DNA of 47,053 nucleotides from a virus (Duplodnaviria; Caudoviricetes), in IMG/VR virus record IMGVR_UViG_3300027901_000011, positions 1-47,053 of that record. One strand, given 5' to 3'. Positions 28,205 to 38,002 of this stretch are shown here, one piece after another. Positions within the stretch are counted from its first letter, which is position 1. Each line of letters opens with the position of its first letter. A program made the position numbers and the translations under genes. Under the pieces are notes generated by a model. It worked only from the letters and a program-made list of their open reading frames with translations. It was not told the origin of the DNA and did not search any database.

Positions 28205-29227
28205 TTAGCTTATGGCCGAAAGCCACATAGATGAATTTGGCTTGTTGCAGACCAAATTGCCTTTCACCATAATTCTGGCCAGCCATCGATCGTACCCGTT
28301 TGCCTGGTCGCCCTGCCATTTGAAGTCGGTGACCTTGAAGTTACGGTCCCTGTGAAGGTACAGGAACCAATACTTCATATTCAGTATGAACAGCCACGTC
28401 TTCATTGTGCTGGACGTTTGCAGATATGGTACAGACACGCAGGTAAGATTGTCAATCTTGGCTTTTGTGACGAAATTATTCTGCGTCTGGCCGGGATTAT
28501 ACTCGATTTTACTCTCGGCCTCGGCCCTGAGCTTATTGAAAAGCGTCGGGCACATGCAGACGTAAAGGTCGTCGTCCGACTCCATGTAGTGCGCGATGTC
28601 ACTCTCATGCACCCATTTTCGCAGGTTATAAATGGTAAGGTTGTAGGACGTATCCTGCGAGCTTGACGTTATACTCTGCGTCAGGTCCGCGGGGTCCGCA
28701 CCCTGCCACCAGTCGTTAGTGCCGCCGGAGATCGAACGGCTCAAGGTCCCGTAAGTGGTATCGTGGTCCAGTGCGCTGATAGCGCTTTGGAACTTGGTGC
28801 CACCATCGGCGACGGCTGTAGTTGACCCGGAATTGAAGATCATCTTACACAGCCACCTTCTCATGCCATCGTGCCCTTGAGAGGCCAAAAAGTCCGCCAG
28901 GTCCAGAAGCTGCTCCTCTTTACCGGCGGAGATATTCTGCGTGGCCTCATCGGCATCGTAGCGAAGCGGAAGCTGTGCATATTTCCACTGCCATCTCGGC
29001 TTCTCAAGCATTTCGGTCTTCTCGTCCGTTAGTGCCTGATTGACCGTATACTCTTGGACAAGTCCTTCCATTGTCCCTTTGACTACAAGCTGTTCGAGAT
29101 ACTTACCGCCGCGGTACATTACCTGGTTCCTGCGCTGAAGCTCCTCGACTACCGGAGTCTTCATGTGAACCTCATTTATGAGCGCGCGGACGAACAGCTC
29201 GCGTGTTGCAAGCGTTAAATCCGACAT
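28205..29227 (-). CDS. Major capsid protein
   Basis: 340 aa after portal and scaffold; WK...P, F.LN..Y, G.L.C..P C-terminal pattern. Confidence 0.8.
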   Translation of the reverse strand: MSDLTLATRELFVRALINEVHMKTPVVEELQRRNQVMYRGGKYLEQLVVKGTMEGLVQEYTVNQALTDEKTEMLEKPRWQWKYAQLPLRYDADEATQNISAGKEEQLLDLADFLASQGHDGMRRWLCKMIFNSGSTTAVADGGTKFQSAISALDHDTTYGTLSRSISGGTNDWWQGADPADLTQSITSSSQDTSYNLTIYNLRKWVHESDIAHYMESDDDLYVCMCPTLFNKLRAEAESKIEYNPGQTQNNFVTKAKIDNLTCVSVPYLQTSSTMKTWLFILNMKYWFLYLHRDRNFKVTDFKWQGDQANGYDRWLARIMVKGNLVCNKPNSSMWLSAIS

Positions 29228-29240
29228 TATTCATCCTTTC

Positions 29241-29957
29241 TTATTGTATTGCCAGCGGATGACCCCGTTTCTTGAGGTCGGCGAGGGCCTCGGCCCGGCT
29301 CGCAGCGGGCTTTACCTCGTGCGAGTCGATTGGTACGGACCCCTGGCCGCTGTCCGTTGGCGTATCTTCGGTCTTCTGCTGGTCCTTCTGCCAGAGTTCC
29401 TCGTAGCAGCGTGTAAGCAAGGCCCTGGCCTCAAGCGCCGCAATTACCGGATCGCCCGGATCATTCGACCCGGGAGCATCAACCTCGCCGGAGGTTATCA
29501 ATTCATTGGCCCGCTTCTGGGCGGCGTTGCGGTACTTGGCACCATATTTCGTATCTAACGGGCTAAGCACCTTCTCGATCCGCTCGCTGGCTGCCTTTTC
29601 AGCGGCGTCCTTATCGGCCTTGGACTTATAGCCCTTTATCATGGCATCCTGCTCCGCCATCTGGCCCTTCGCCGCCGCCAGCTCGCCCTTGAGCGCCTTT
29701 ATCTCCTGAACAATATCGGGGATATCGGCTGTTCGCGGATCGAGCTCCGTCTCCGGCGCCTTCTTGAGTTCGGCAAGCTGCGATTGGAGCGCTTGAATCT
29801 GTTCGGTAAAACTACTGACATCCGATTGAAGCGACTCCTTATCGGCGAGTGCCTTTCTCAAATTGGCCTCGGCCTGGTCGGCCCGCTGGCGCTGCTTGTC
29901 CCATTCAGGCTTTTCTTTAGACTCTTGGTCTTGCTGCTTCTGGTCTTCTGGTTCCAT
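29241..29957 (-). CDS. Capsid scaffolding protein
   Basis: Charged coiled-coil protein directly upstream of the capsid gene. Confidence 0.7.
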   Translation of the reverse strand: MEPEDQKQQDQESKEKPEWDKQRQRADQAEANLRKALADKESLQSDVSSFTEQIQALQSQLAELKKAPETELDPRTADIPDIVQEIKALKGELAAAKGQMAEQDAMIKGYKSKADKDAAEKAASERIEKVLSPLDTKYGAKYRNAAQKRANELITSGEVDAPGSNDPGDPVIAALEARALLTRCYEELWQKDQQKTEDTPTDSGQGSVPIDSHEVKPAASRAEALADLKKRGHPLAIQ

Positions 29958-30053
29958 ATATTACCCCCATTCGGATTTGTGCATATATCACGTTCCATGA
30001 CACAATGTCACGGGGCTATACGCGGCATTTAGCTGATTTCGCTCGTGGCGCTT

Positions 30054-30269
30054 TCAGCCTCCGCCGGCGTTCAGTTTCGCAATTCTCTCTCTGAGTTCCA
30101 GTATATGCTGCTTATTCCTTGCCTTCTGCTTGGCGTCTGGCGAGGCCATGCACTCGGACTCGGCAATCTGTAGTTGTCGCAGCATTACGTCCATATCCGT
30201 TGGCCCCTGCGTATCCTGCGGTATTACAACCGGCTGAATACTCGGTGCAGGCTTCTTTTTCTTTTTCAT
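30054..30269 (-). CDS. Hypothetical protein
   Basis: 71 aa in the operon between portal and scaffold. Confidence 0.5.
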   Translation of the reverse strand: MKKKKKPAPSIQPVVIPQDTQGPTDMDVMLRQLQIAESECMASPDAKQKARNKQHILELRERIAKLNAGGG

Positions 30270-30273
30270 CTTC

Positions 30274-30432
30274 TTATCCTACATTATCAGACCATTTTGC
30301 CTTTTTCACATGCCCGGCGTGGGACTTACCCTGCTTGTCGAAGCATATCCTTATATACCTGCCCTTTGACAGTTTCTTCGTTCTTACTCTTCCGTTGTTT
30401 CTTACGCATCTATCAAAGGCTTCAGGTGGCAT
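30274..30432 (-). CDS. Small basic phage protein (52 aa, not in the ORF track)
   Basis: MPPEAFDRCVRNNGRVRTKKLSKGRYIRICFDKQGKSHAGHVKKAK...; AAGGAG RBS; overlaps the portal stop. Confidence 0.6.
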   Translation of the reverse strand: MPPEAFDRCVRNNGRVRTKKLSKGRYIRICFDKQGKSHAGHVKKAKWSDNVG

Positions 30433-32422
30433 TTTGACTCTCCTTCTCTGGCACCGTCGGCAATCCGCCCATTATCTGTCGGGTGACTATCTGGGTCGCC
30501 TGCCCGGCATCTATCCGGCCTTCCGCCGTCGCCTGGTAGACCTGAAGGAACCTCAGCCATTTCTGGAAGGCGGGTACGGCCTTCAAGATGCCCTTGACGT
30601 TCGGCACGTCCAATTCTCTCAGAATGCTCGGCAGCAGCGGACTGGCCACAGGCTGCTTGAGTAGATTGTCGGCCATTATCAGCTTCTGTATCTTCTTGTC
30701 CTGGTCGTAGGGCAGCATTGACCTTGGCACGATAGAGATATCGAACCGGACGCTCTTGGCGCCCTGGAGTATCTGCTGGGCGCCGGTAACGCCATCGTCA
30801 CCGACTATTCTTACCATCTGGTCAAGATCGTAGTTGGCCTGAATTATCTGGGCTATCAGTTCACAGGACCTCCTGACCCATTCATCGTCCAGCATTGCCT
30901 GCAGCTTGATCCTGTCCTGGCTCGATAATGCCAGCCAGTTGGCCTCGGTGGCGGTCTTCCTGCCGGGCTCTCGCTCGCCCTTGGCGATACTCTGAAGCCC
31001 GGTGATATTCTTGAACTCCTGCACGAACAGTCCGTACAGACTGAGTGCGCCTGCCGATATGTTCGGCGGGTCGGCGAACCTGAAACTGCCCCTGTTGAGC
31101 GCGTTTCGCGCCAGTCGGATAACACTGCCCGCACCGGCACCTACCTTGTAATACTCCTTGGTCCTTGGGTTCCTGGCAACGGCGCCCGTCTCCATCATCA
31201 CCTTCGGGTCGCCGTAGAGTTTCATATTATTGAACAGGTGCGAGACGCTGACGTTTATCATGTCCTGAGTGGACTGATAGAGCTGCACGGCATCCGAACC
31301 CTGCCACATGTGCGGAAGCAGGTAATGCTGAGAGACGACAAACGGCCATTCGTAATACCGCCAGGGCTCGTTTCTCAGTATAATCTCGCCGCAGGCGCGC
31401 AGCACCATTCTGCCGTTGGGGTACTTCGGCTCGGAATATTCCCTGACCGTCTCGATAGGCCACTGTTCGGGCGATAGCGGCTCGGTGGTCACCGGGTCGA
31501 TATACCTGCCGTCGACGTTAATTAGCCTACCGCTGGCAACCAAGTCCTGCGCAGCGACCGGCCTCTGGTCCTTGACCTTGGTCTCCTCAAGGTCCTCGAA
31601 GTATATCTCCTCCAGCTTGATATATTCCTTATCGCTTCTAAAGTCTAAGGTTGTCGAGGTCTTATCCTGACGCAGGATATGGCTTAGCAGGCGGGTCGGT
31701 TTATATAAAGATGTTCCAGGATCCGTGCCGCCCTGGGCGCTTACGTAGACGCTGGTAGTCTTGGCCGCCCTGATGTGCGGGCCGCCGTGCGGGCCAGCTG
31801 GCAGGTCCTTGTACCTTGTGGCGGAGTCGCGCAGCTTCTTGGCATGCTTCGGCCAGCGGGATATGGCCCAGTCGAGTTCGACCCATCTCTGGGTGCCTAT
31901 CGACCGGCACTCGTCGATAGTCTCAGCTGCCGGGTCGGTCCAGAAGAATGCAGGATGCCATAATTTGTGTCTGACAGAGCCCTCCCATCGCTTCTTGCCA
32001 GGGTCCCAGCGGGCCTTCGGCTCCCAGTAGAACTTACTAACGCAATAGCCATACAATTTCTTATCGAGAATGGCCCCCAGATGCTCCAGCATCATGCCGT
32101 GCTTGTTAATTCCCTTCTGCCAGAGCCAGCGGATATTGCCTATCCAGACGTCCGCGGCCTCCTGGTCCGTGGGCTCCCACGGCTCGCCAACTATCTGCGG
32201 ATGGTACCGGGCAAGCTTGCTAACCTCGGCCATTGCCGACGGCCAGATATAGTTTAAGACCACCCAGTCCCAGTTCTTACGCGCCTTCTTATGCGATATC
32301 TGGTCGCTAAAGAACCATCTCAGCGAGTCCGACCATAAGCCGGACCATGAATTTGTGATATTCATACCGGCAGCTATCAGGTCGTCCAGTTTTTCATTTA
32401 GCTCCTGATTACTCTGGTCCAT
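30422..32422 (-). CDS. Portal protein
   Basis: 666 aa after terL; DP.A, WPFV, Q..IN, ITG, TATEA motifs seen in P22-like portals. Confidence 0.85.
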   Translation of the reverse strand: MDQSNQELNEKLDDLIAAGMNITNSWSGLWSDSLRWFFSDQISHKKARKNWDWVVLNYIWPSAMAEVSKLARYHPQIVGEPWEPTDQEAADVWIGNIRWLWQKGINKHGMMLEHLGAILDKKLYGYCVSKFYWEPKARWDPGKKRWEGSVRHKLWHPAFFWTDPAAETIDECRSIGTQRWVELDWAISRWPKHAKKLRDSATRYKDLPAGPHGGPHIRAAKTTSVYVSAQGGTDPGTSLYKPTRLLSHILRQDKTSTTLDFRSDKEYIKLEEIYFEDLEETKVKDQRPVAAQDLVASGRLINVDGRYIDPVTTEPLSPEQWPIETVREYSEPKYPNGRMVLRACGEIILRNEPWRYYEWPFVVSQHYLLPHMWQGSDAVQLYQSTQDMINVSVSHLFNNMKLYGDPKVMMETGAVARNPRTKEYYKVGAGAGSVIRLARNALNRGSFRFADPPNISAGALSLYGLFVQEFKNITGLQSIAKGEREPGRKTATEANWLALSSQDRIKLQAMLDDEWVRRSCELIAQIIQANYDLDQMVRIVGDDGVTGAQQILQGAKSVRFDISIVPRSMLPYDQDKKIQKLIMADNLLKQPVASPLLPSILRELDVPNVKGILKAVPAFQKWLRFLQVYQATAEGRIDAGQATQIVTRQIMGGLPTVPEKESQNAT

Positions 32423-32576
32423 AGTCCTCCGTGCTCTCCTGGCTTGTATGCGACTCCTCGATTAAGGGAACCTTCTCCTGGATCTGGTAGGTTATCCTGA
32501 CGCCCAGTCCGAACCCCAACCGATAGACGGCAACGCCGGTAGCGACACCCAAAAGGTACAAGCCGATATAGATCAT
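32409..32576 (-). CDS. Small membrane protein (55 aa, not in the ORF track)
   Basis: MIYIGLYLLGVATGVAVYRLGFGLG...; ATGA overlap with the terL stop. Confidence 0.5.
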   Translation of the reverse strand: MIYIGLYLLGVATGVAVYRLGFGLGVRITYQIQEKVPLIEESHTSQESTEDYGPE

Positions 32577-34234
32577 GCGAATATCTCCTCCTCGTCCTCG
32601 ACAGTCTCACCGTCGGCCACGAAGTCGTCGGGATACGGCTCCGACTCGAACTCGCACCTGATATGCAGCTGAAGCGCTATCATCAGTGCGAATAGAAGAT
32701 CGTCATTGCGGCCCTTACGGTGGATTTGCTTGCCGTTCTTATCTATAATAAAACTGCGCATCTCCGAGAGAATGTCTGCCGAGTAGATGGTAATATTGAA
32801 GTTATGGACCGCATCTACCAAGGTCTGCGTCATTATCGGCCTGGTAAGAGTGGTCGTTCGCCAGCCTAAGGCCTCCGACTCGTCTATATCGTACCTGTCA
32901 TCGTGGACCTGGCGGTTATAAATATTCTCGTAATCGGCGTCCTTCAAATACTGCAGCATTGCCATGCCGTGCGGCAGTTCCGGCGCTATCCAGGCGTTAT
33001 TATAGAACCGGCCGGCCAACAGCGCCTGGCGGGCCAGGTCCTTATGCTCGCACCGGCCCCTGTAAATGCCGACCACCTCACTAGTGTTCCTGTCGTAGAT
33101 GACACCGGCATGGCAGTCGGGTATCGAACTGGCACTGGCAGGGTTGGAAAGCTTGCCCTCGGCAACGTCGAAGCCTATCGTATATTGATGGTCCCGCGGA
33201 AGTTTCCATATCTGCCAGCATTCGAAGCTCTTATCGACATTGACCGGCCTGATGTCGTCGATTTTATCGAACAGGCAGGTCCTGCCTTCCGTGACTTTCC
33301 GCTGGTGCGCATCCAATACCGGCCCTGCAAATACCGTCCGGCCACCCGCCTGGAAGGCCTCATCGACAGTTGCGGGATACTCCTGCTGAAATAGGTGAAG
33401 ATCGTTCTGACACTTGTTCCTGATAGCCCAGCGCCGCCAGTATAACTGCTCGTCCGTAAGATTGAACTTGGCCCTGAGAGACTGCTCATACTCGTCGTAC
33501 TTGAACCGGAACTTCTTGGGAACATCCATTACGTAATCGCTGAAAATGTACCACGGTAAGAATAAGGCAAGATAATTACTGTAGTCCTTGAACCTCCTGT
33601 ACTGGTCCTTGGCGTCCATATACATATCGTAAAAGGCGCCGCCAATCCCATTACCAGTAGACTCCAAGGCTATTATCGTGCCCTTGTCGTCCGGGACCTC
33701 CTGGGCAGCACCGCCGAACTGCTCCTTGAAACTCGACCAAAACGCGGCCTCCGAGGCGTGAAAATAGTGCGTAAGACCACCCCTTCCCAAAACGTCCTTG
33801 CCGGCAGTCTGAACGAGTAACTGACTCCTGTGAGGAGCACTATAAATTATCTCCTTGCGAGAGGAAAAATCCGTCGGACGCCTTGTGTCAAGCTCCGATT
33901 GGAACATCCTGCTCATCGCAAAAACCTTCTGTGAAGCGTCCAAATCGACACTGCTAATAGTCGCAAAACGGTTGGGACGTAAGTTTATCTCGGCAAAAAA
34001 ACGAGCGGCAAAGTAGGTAGATACCCCCTCACGACGGGCCTTTAAAACCAAAACACGCATCGGATAACCACGCTTATGCTGCTCAAATAAGGTCCTGTCA
34101 ATGCACTTCTGACTGAAATTCAACGACAAACTCTCGACAGTCGCCTGCATAGTGACAATCTTCAAACGCTTCATGTACCGAAGCAACTGACCCCTGATAA
34201 CCTCGTCCTGACTCAGTCCCAACTTCTTACCCAA
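32573..34234 (-). CDS. terL: Terminase large subunit
   Basis: LKARREGVST (Walker A), HASEAAFW (Walker B), LESTGNG, FQQEYP, IGFDVAEG, DDLLFA nuclease motifs. Confidence 0.92.
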   Translation of the reverse strand: MGKKLGLSQDEVIRGQLLRYMKRLKIVTMQATVESLSLNFSQKCIDRTLFEQHKRGYPMRVLVLKARREGVSTYFAARFFAEINLRPNRFATISSVDLDASQKVFAMSRMFQSELDTRRPTDFSSRKEIIYSAPHRSQLLVQTAGKDVLGRGGLTHYFHASEAAFWSSFKEQFGGAAQEVPDDKGTIIALESTGNGIGGAFYDMYMDAKDQYRRFKDYSNYLALFLPWYIFSDYVMDVPKKFRFKYDEYEQSLRAKFNLTDEQLYWRRWAIRNKCQNDLHLFQQEYPATVDEAFQAGGRTVFAGPVLDAHQRKVTEGRTCLFDKIDDIRPVNVDKSFECWQIWKLPRDHQYTIGFDVAEGKLSNPASASSIPDCHAGVIYDRNTSEVVGIYRGRCEHKDLARQALLAGRFYNNAWIAPELPHGMAMLQYLKDADYENIYNRQVHDDRYDIDESEALGWRTTTLTRPIMTQTLVDAVHNFNITIYSADILSEMRSFIIDKNGKQIHRKGRNDDLLFALMIALQLHIRCEFESEPYPDDFVADGETVEDEEEIFA

Positions 34235-34722
34235 GGTACTATCCTCGAAATCTCCGTGACGTCACCAATATCACTAAACTGACAGAAAATACCCCGTAAA
34301 CCAAAAGTCTTGAAATGAACACTCGCCATCCGATTGCCACCAGTATCAACCACACTAACATCACCCAACCAAGCCTGAGAGTCAACCGTAATAGTGTCCA
34401 CCCAAAGCCTCGCAGAACTGTCGGCATTCGTCATGTCCGCAAACGCAGTGCCTGTCTTCAACGTCAAATCGCATATGAAACTGCCAACCCCGTCATTACT
34501 AACACCCCAAATCCGACATTCACCGTAGTCAGTATCGTCCGCCTCACCACTAAAAACCAAAACACAACCCTCAACACCAGGTGAAAATTCGTAAATGTCA
34601 CGCTTGGTTATCTCAGTGTACTTGTAACCACTCGTAGTGCCATCAACAGCAGTATCATCCGCAGTTACATCAACAATCCGAGCCTTGTCATAAGATAATA
34701 TCCGCTTCGTAGCCATATCCAA
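34213..34722 (-). CDS. Paralog of 22660..23163 inserted between terS and terL
   Basis: Shared DVT.DDTA.DG.TSG, VFSGEAD, TGTA.ADMT..DS.ARL.VD, GDxTEISR..PW.R. Confidence 0.65.
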   Translation of the reverse strand: MDMATKRILSYDKARIVDVTADDTAVDGTTSGYKYTEITKRDIYEFSPGVEGCVLVFSGEADDTDYGECRIWGVSNDGVGSFICDLTLKTGTAFADMTNADSSARLWVDTITVDSQAWLGDVSVVDTGGNRMASVHFKTFGLRGIFCQFSDIGDVTEISRIVPWVRSWD

Positions 34723-34765
34723 AACCCCTAAACTACGTAAATTCTAAAACCCCAACAGAATGCAT

Positions 34766-34921
34766 CAAAATGCCAATCGTACGAGAAAAAAATTCCAGCA
34801 ATAAACAAAAACCACCAAAATAAACCAAAAATACACATCCAACTAAAAACATAACTAAAAATAACTTACCTAAATTACTAAACCCCCAAATTCGTAACCA
34901 AAATGCCAATCCTACGAGAAA
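34766..34921 (+). repeat. 23-bp direct repeat in an A/C-rich noncoding tract
   Basis: CAAAATGCCAATC(G/C)TACGAGAAA at 34766 and 34899; TTACCTAAATTA at 34866 and 34963. Confidence 0.75.
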
Positions 34922-35107
34922 TTCAAAAACTATACAAAAAGTAACAATATATCACAAAGAAATTACCTAAATTAACGGATTCCAGAGGGAAATTTTGGGC
35001 GAGAGAGTTAGCTACATTATATTCTTTCAGGTAGGCAGGGATGGGTAGGGGTAAGGATGTGTCCTGTGCTAAGAATGAAGTAGAAAAGAAGAGAGTTTGC
35101 CGCCGCC

Positions 35108-35190
35108 GCCAAAGTTATCCACAATGAACAAGGCTGGCAAGTGCTTATGAGTGCATGATTTATGGCCGATAAGCCAAAGTTATCCACAAT
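35108..35190 (+). promoter_or_regulatory. Two identical 18-bp repeats, each containing a consensus DnaA box
   Basis: GCCAAAGTTATCCACAAT at 35108 and 35173; TTATCCACA at 35115 and 35180. Confidence 0.7.
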
Positions 35191-35649
35191 TTATTCGGCC
35201 AAAATCAGCTCGGATGCGTCCGTCTCGGCTATCAGCTGCCGAAATTCGTCCTCAATATCACCCTTATCCTCATCTATCGTCTCAAAACCCGGATCCTTGT
35301 GGCTTGGATACCACTTCTGCAGGAACTCCAGCATCTTGGCTACCGTACCGTTTTGACGCTTCTTAATAGCATCAGCCAAAGTGTCCCAGGCATAATCCTC
35401 CAACTTGGCACGATTGTGACCAGATTCGACAATATCGGCCTTTTTGAGTAGATTTATCAGCTCCGCACAACGCTTTTCCTTACGTAAAACATAACTTGCC
35501 ACTTGCTTGGAGTCTGGCTTATAACCAGCTGTAACGTATGCTTGTTGTGGTTTATATCCTCGATTTATTAAGTATGCGAAGAGTAGTTTTTGCTTACTTA
35601 TTCTGGTTTCCAGGTATTGTAGTCTTTCTTGTTCTTTTTCTGTCAGCAT
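35191..35649 (-). CDS. terS: Terminase small subunit
   Basis: KQ..F...QAYVTAGYK...AS..L HTH pattern; upstream of terL; AAGGA RBS. Confidence 0.65.
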   Translation of the reverse strand: MLTEKEQERLQYLETRISKQKLLFAYLINRGYKPQQAYVTAGYKPDSKQVASYVLRKEKRCAELINLLKKADIVESGHNRAKLEDYAWDTLADAIKKRQNGTVAKMLEFLQKWYPSHKDPGFETIDEDKGDIEDEFRQLIAETDASELILAE

Positions 35650-36050
35650 TTCCTTGATCTCTCTTGTTTTCCCGCGTGTTAGATGATTACCTAACTTATG
35701 CTTTATTTTGGTATATTGTTAATGGTGTTTCTGTTTTAGGTTTGGCTTTGTGATTTGTTTTTATGGTAATCTGTTCTATGTGGTTTGCATTCATAGTGCT
35801 GTCAGTTCGAGCATATCGGTAAAAGCCGTGTTTTTCGCGGAACCGCTGAGAATTCAATTAACTTGCCAAAGAGTTTACCTTGCCTGTTCTGGAGTAAATC
35901 GGTCCGGATTGTGCGCCTTGATAACGCCATAACCGTCTCGCAAATACGGCAAACCGGTCTTAGTGTCAAGGGCAAAGCGGAAAAAACTTTCCTTCTTGCT
36001 GTAAGTCTTTATTTCTACGCGGTTTATAGCTGAAAAAAGTTTACAAATAT

Positions 36051-36080
36051 TCAAGTTTTCCCTTGTGTTTCGCCGATAGA
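36051..36080 (+). promoter_or_regulatory. Putative early promoter, sigma28-like (TCAAGTTT-N13-GCCGAT)
   Basis: A homologous copy with identical spacing lies at 39957; both are upstream of plus-strand gene blocks. Confidence 0.5.
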
Positions 36081-36201
36081 AGAGTAGAATTGCGATTATG
36101 AGACTGACTTGCTGCAATCTGTTATCAACTTCGGGGCCGTCCCTCGCTTTTGTCCCTGTCAGTCTCATGCCGGGACGGTCCCACTTTCAAGGAGTCTGAC
36201 T

Positions 36202-36342
36202 ATGAAAACCGAAGAAATGCACCAGCGCTGCCCCGAATGCGGCTACGTACTCGTCCCGGACAGAGAAATCGCCGACAGATGGTACTGCGTACGCTGCCAG
36301 GCAGAATTCGATTTCGTTCCGGATGAAACACAAGAAGGCTGA
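36202..36342 (+). CDS. Small zinc-ribbon protein
   Basis: CPECG...WYCVRC; AAGGAG RBS before the ATG at 36202. Confidence 0.55.
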   Translation: MKTEEMHQRCPECGYVLVPDREIADRWYCVRCQAEFDFVPDETQEG

Positions 36343-36380
36343 TGAAAGACAATCACTAACCTGTTTGGAGGTATAGAACC

Positions 36381-36566
36381 ATGAAAGCTATTAAACATTA
36401 CACATTTCAAGAGAAATTGGATATTTTGCTGGATGAAACGCCGACTTGGACGGACCCATACCTTGCCCAGCTGGCAAGGATGCTGGACAAGATGAGTTTT
36501 TTCGATTTGCAACAGCTGACCAAGACAATCGGCAAAATAGCCAAAGGCAAAAAAACGAACAACTAA
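36381..36566 (+). CDS. Hypothetical protein
   Basis: 61 aa; GGAGG RBS. Confidence 0.55.
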   Translation: MKAIKHYTFQEKLDILLDETPTWTDPYLAQLARMLDKMSFFDLQQLTKTIGKIAKGKKTNN

Positions 36567-36583
36567 ATTGAAAGGGTGGAAAA

Positions 36584-36979
36584 ATGGGTTATTCATGCAC
36601 AGTAAAAGCACATTATGTATTAAAAGAACTCTTAGTTCAGCTCCAAGTATCGGGTGAAAATTCCAGTAATACTTGGACTATTACAACAGGCCAATATAGC
36701 GGCACACAAGCATTTTATGAGATTGGCCAAGAACAAGAGGACGGCGCTATAACTGGCAGTGTTTACGTCTTCGGAAATGATTGGTGCAAACGCGCGGGTA
36801 GTTTCCGCATCGAACCGAACGGAGAAATTACCCGGTTCCCGTTGACAATCAAGCCGCAACGAGAATCTGCGATAGTCGCGGGGCTCATAAAATACCATGA
36901 CATCCATGAGCCCGGTTGGAGAAAAGACGGCATACTACAAAAGCGAATCCGAGGTGCAAATTTCGTGGTTATCGACTAA
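36584..36979 (+). CDS. Hypothetical early protein
   Basis: 131 aa; preceded by the conserved AATTGAAAGGGTGGAAAAATG leader. Confidence 0.65.
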   Translation: MGYSCTVKAHYVLKELLVQLQVSGENSSNTWTITTGQYSGTQAFYEIGQEQEDGAITGSVYVFGNDWCKRAGSFRIEPNGEITRFPLTIKPQRESAIVAGLIKYHDIHEPGWRKDGILQKRIRGANFVVID

Positions 36980-36995
36980 TTGAAAGGGTGGAAAA

Positions 36996-37556
36996 ATGCT
37001 AACAGAACGAGAAAACACGACAGAAATCGACAAAAGGGTAGCAAAGGTACTAAAAGCAGTATTACCAAAGGAAAGCAGTCGGTATGCATGTAATCAAGTT
37101 TATGCTGAACAAGTGCACGTCTATCGTTATGGACGGATACGGGACGCAAGCCTACTAACAGTCACGGACGGACGGTGTTTACTATCGGTCGAAGTCCAAC
37201 ACAATCTGGCCGATGGACTATACAACCTAAAAGATAACGTACTTTTCCGATCAGCGGATAACGGTGACATATTCCCAAAGTACCGGGAAATTTTCCCGGA
37301 CCACGAAGAGCCACAATCGGTCGGCTACCCGTTTCTACGAGCTGTTTTGACGGCGATAATCAGACAGCAATATTTTCTCAATTTGTGGCTATACGAAAAA
37401 ATCCTAAAAGCTATTGAGAAATTAGACTGGTTTTATCAGTTGGCTTTTGCTGTCGATGTAGAAGGCAAAATTGCCACCGATAGACCCGTAACGCTTTACG
37501 GCCAGAACGGCAGAAACCAACTGAAAGCCGTGTTTATGCCATACAACAAGGGATAG
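36996..37556 (+). CDS. Protein resembling part of the DNA polymerase III beta sliding clamp
   Basis: ESSRYACNQVY...TDGRCL...FPKYREIFP...AVFMP resembles clamp motifs R..L.GV, ATDGHRL, FP.Y..VIP, .VMP. Confidence 0.55.
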   Translation: MLTERENTTEIDKRVAKVLKAVLPKESSRYACNQVYAEQVHVYRYGRIRDASLLTVTDGRCLLSVEVQHNLADGLYNLKDNVLFRSADNGDIFPKYREIFPDHEEPQSVGYPFLRAVLTAIIRQQYFLNLWLYEKILKAIEKLDWFYQLAFAVDVEGKIATDRPVTLYGQNGRNQLKAVFMPYNKG

Positions 37557-37639
37557 CCTACATCACCGGCCAGGTTAAAATCTGGTCGGACCTGTACGCT
37601 ATTAGTGCTATCGAACAACTAAATTGAAAGGCTGGAAAC

Positions 37640-37954
37640 ATGGACGCATACATATATAAAGCTGCGTTGTACTGCGAGGATTGTATTGAGAAAATCAAGG
37701 CTGAACTGACACCGCCAGCCGACCCAAAACATAAAAATACATACGACAGCGACGACTATCCTAAAGGTCCGTATGCCGATGGCGGCGGCGAAGCCGATGC
37801 TCCACAACACTGTTATGGATGCGGAGTTTTTCTCGAAAACCAGCTAACGACAGACGGCTACAAATATGTACTTGCCACAGTGCAAGAATATATCTACCTT
37901 GAAGAATCGATAGCGAATTGGTTCGAGTTTTACCAACTTCAATTAACGTATTGA
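37640..37954 (+). CDS. Hypothetical Cys-containing early protein
   Basis: YCEDC...HCYGC; conserved leader upstream. Confidence 0.65.
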   Translation: MDAYIYKAALYCEDCIEKIKAELTPPADPKHKNTYDSDDYPKGPYADGGGEADAPQHCYGCGVFLENQLTTDGYKYVLATVQEYIYLEESIANWFEFYQLQLTY

Positions 37955-38002
37955 GGGACCGCGAACCGGCCAGGGATGGCCTAACTTTGAAAGGATGGAA
38001 AA

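Noticed and set aside
4374-33525. Numerous plus-strand and nested ORFs within the late module
   Set aside because: They are shadows of well-supported, tightly coupled minus-strand genes and carry no recognisable motifs.
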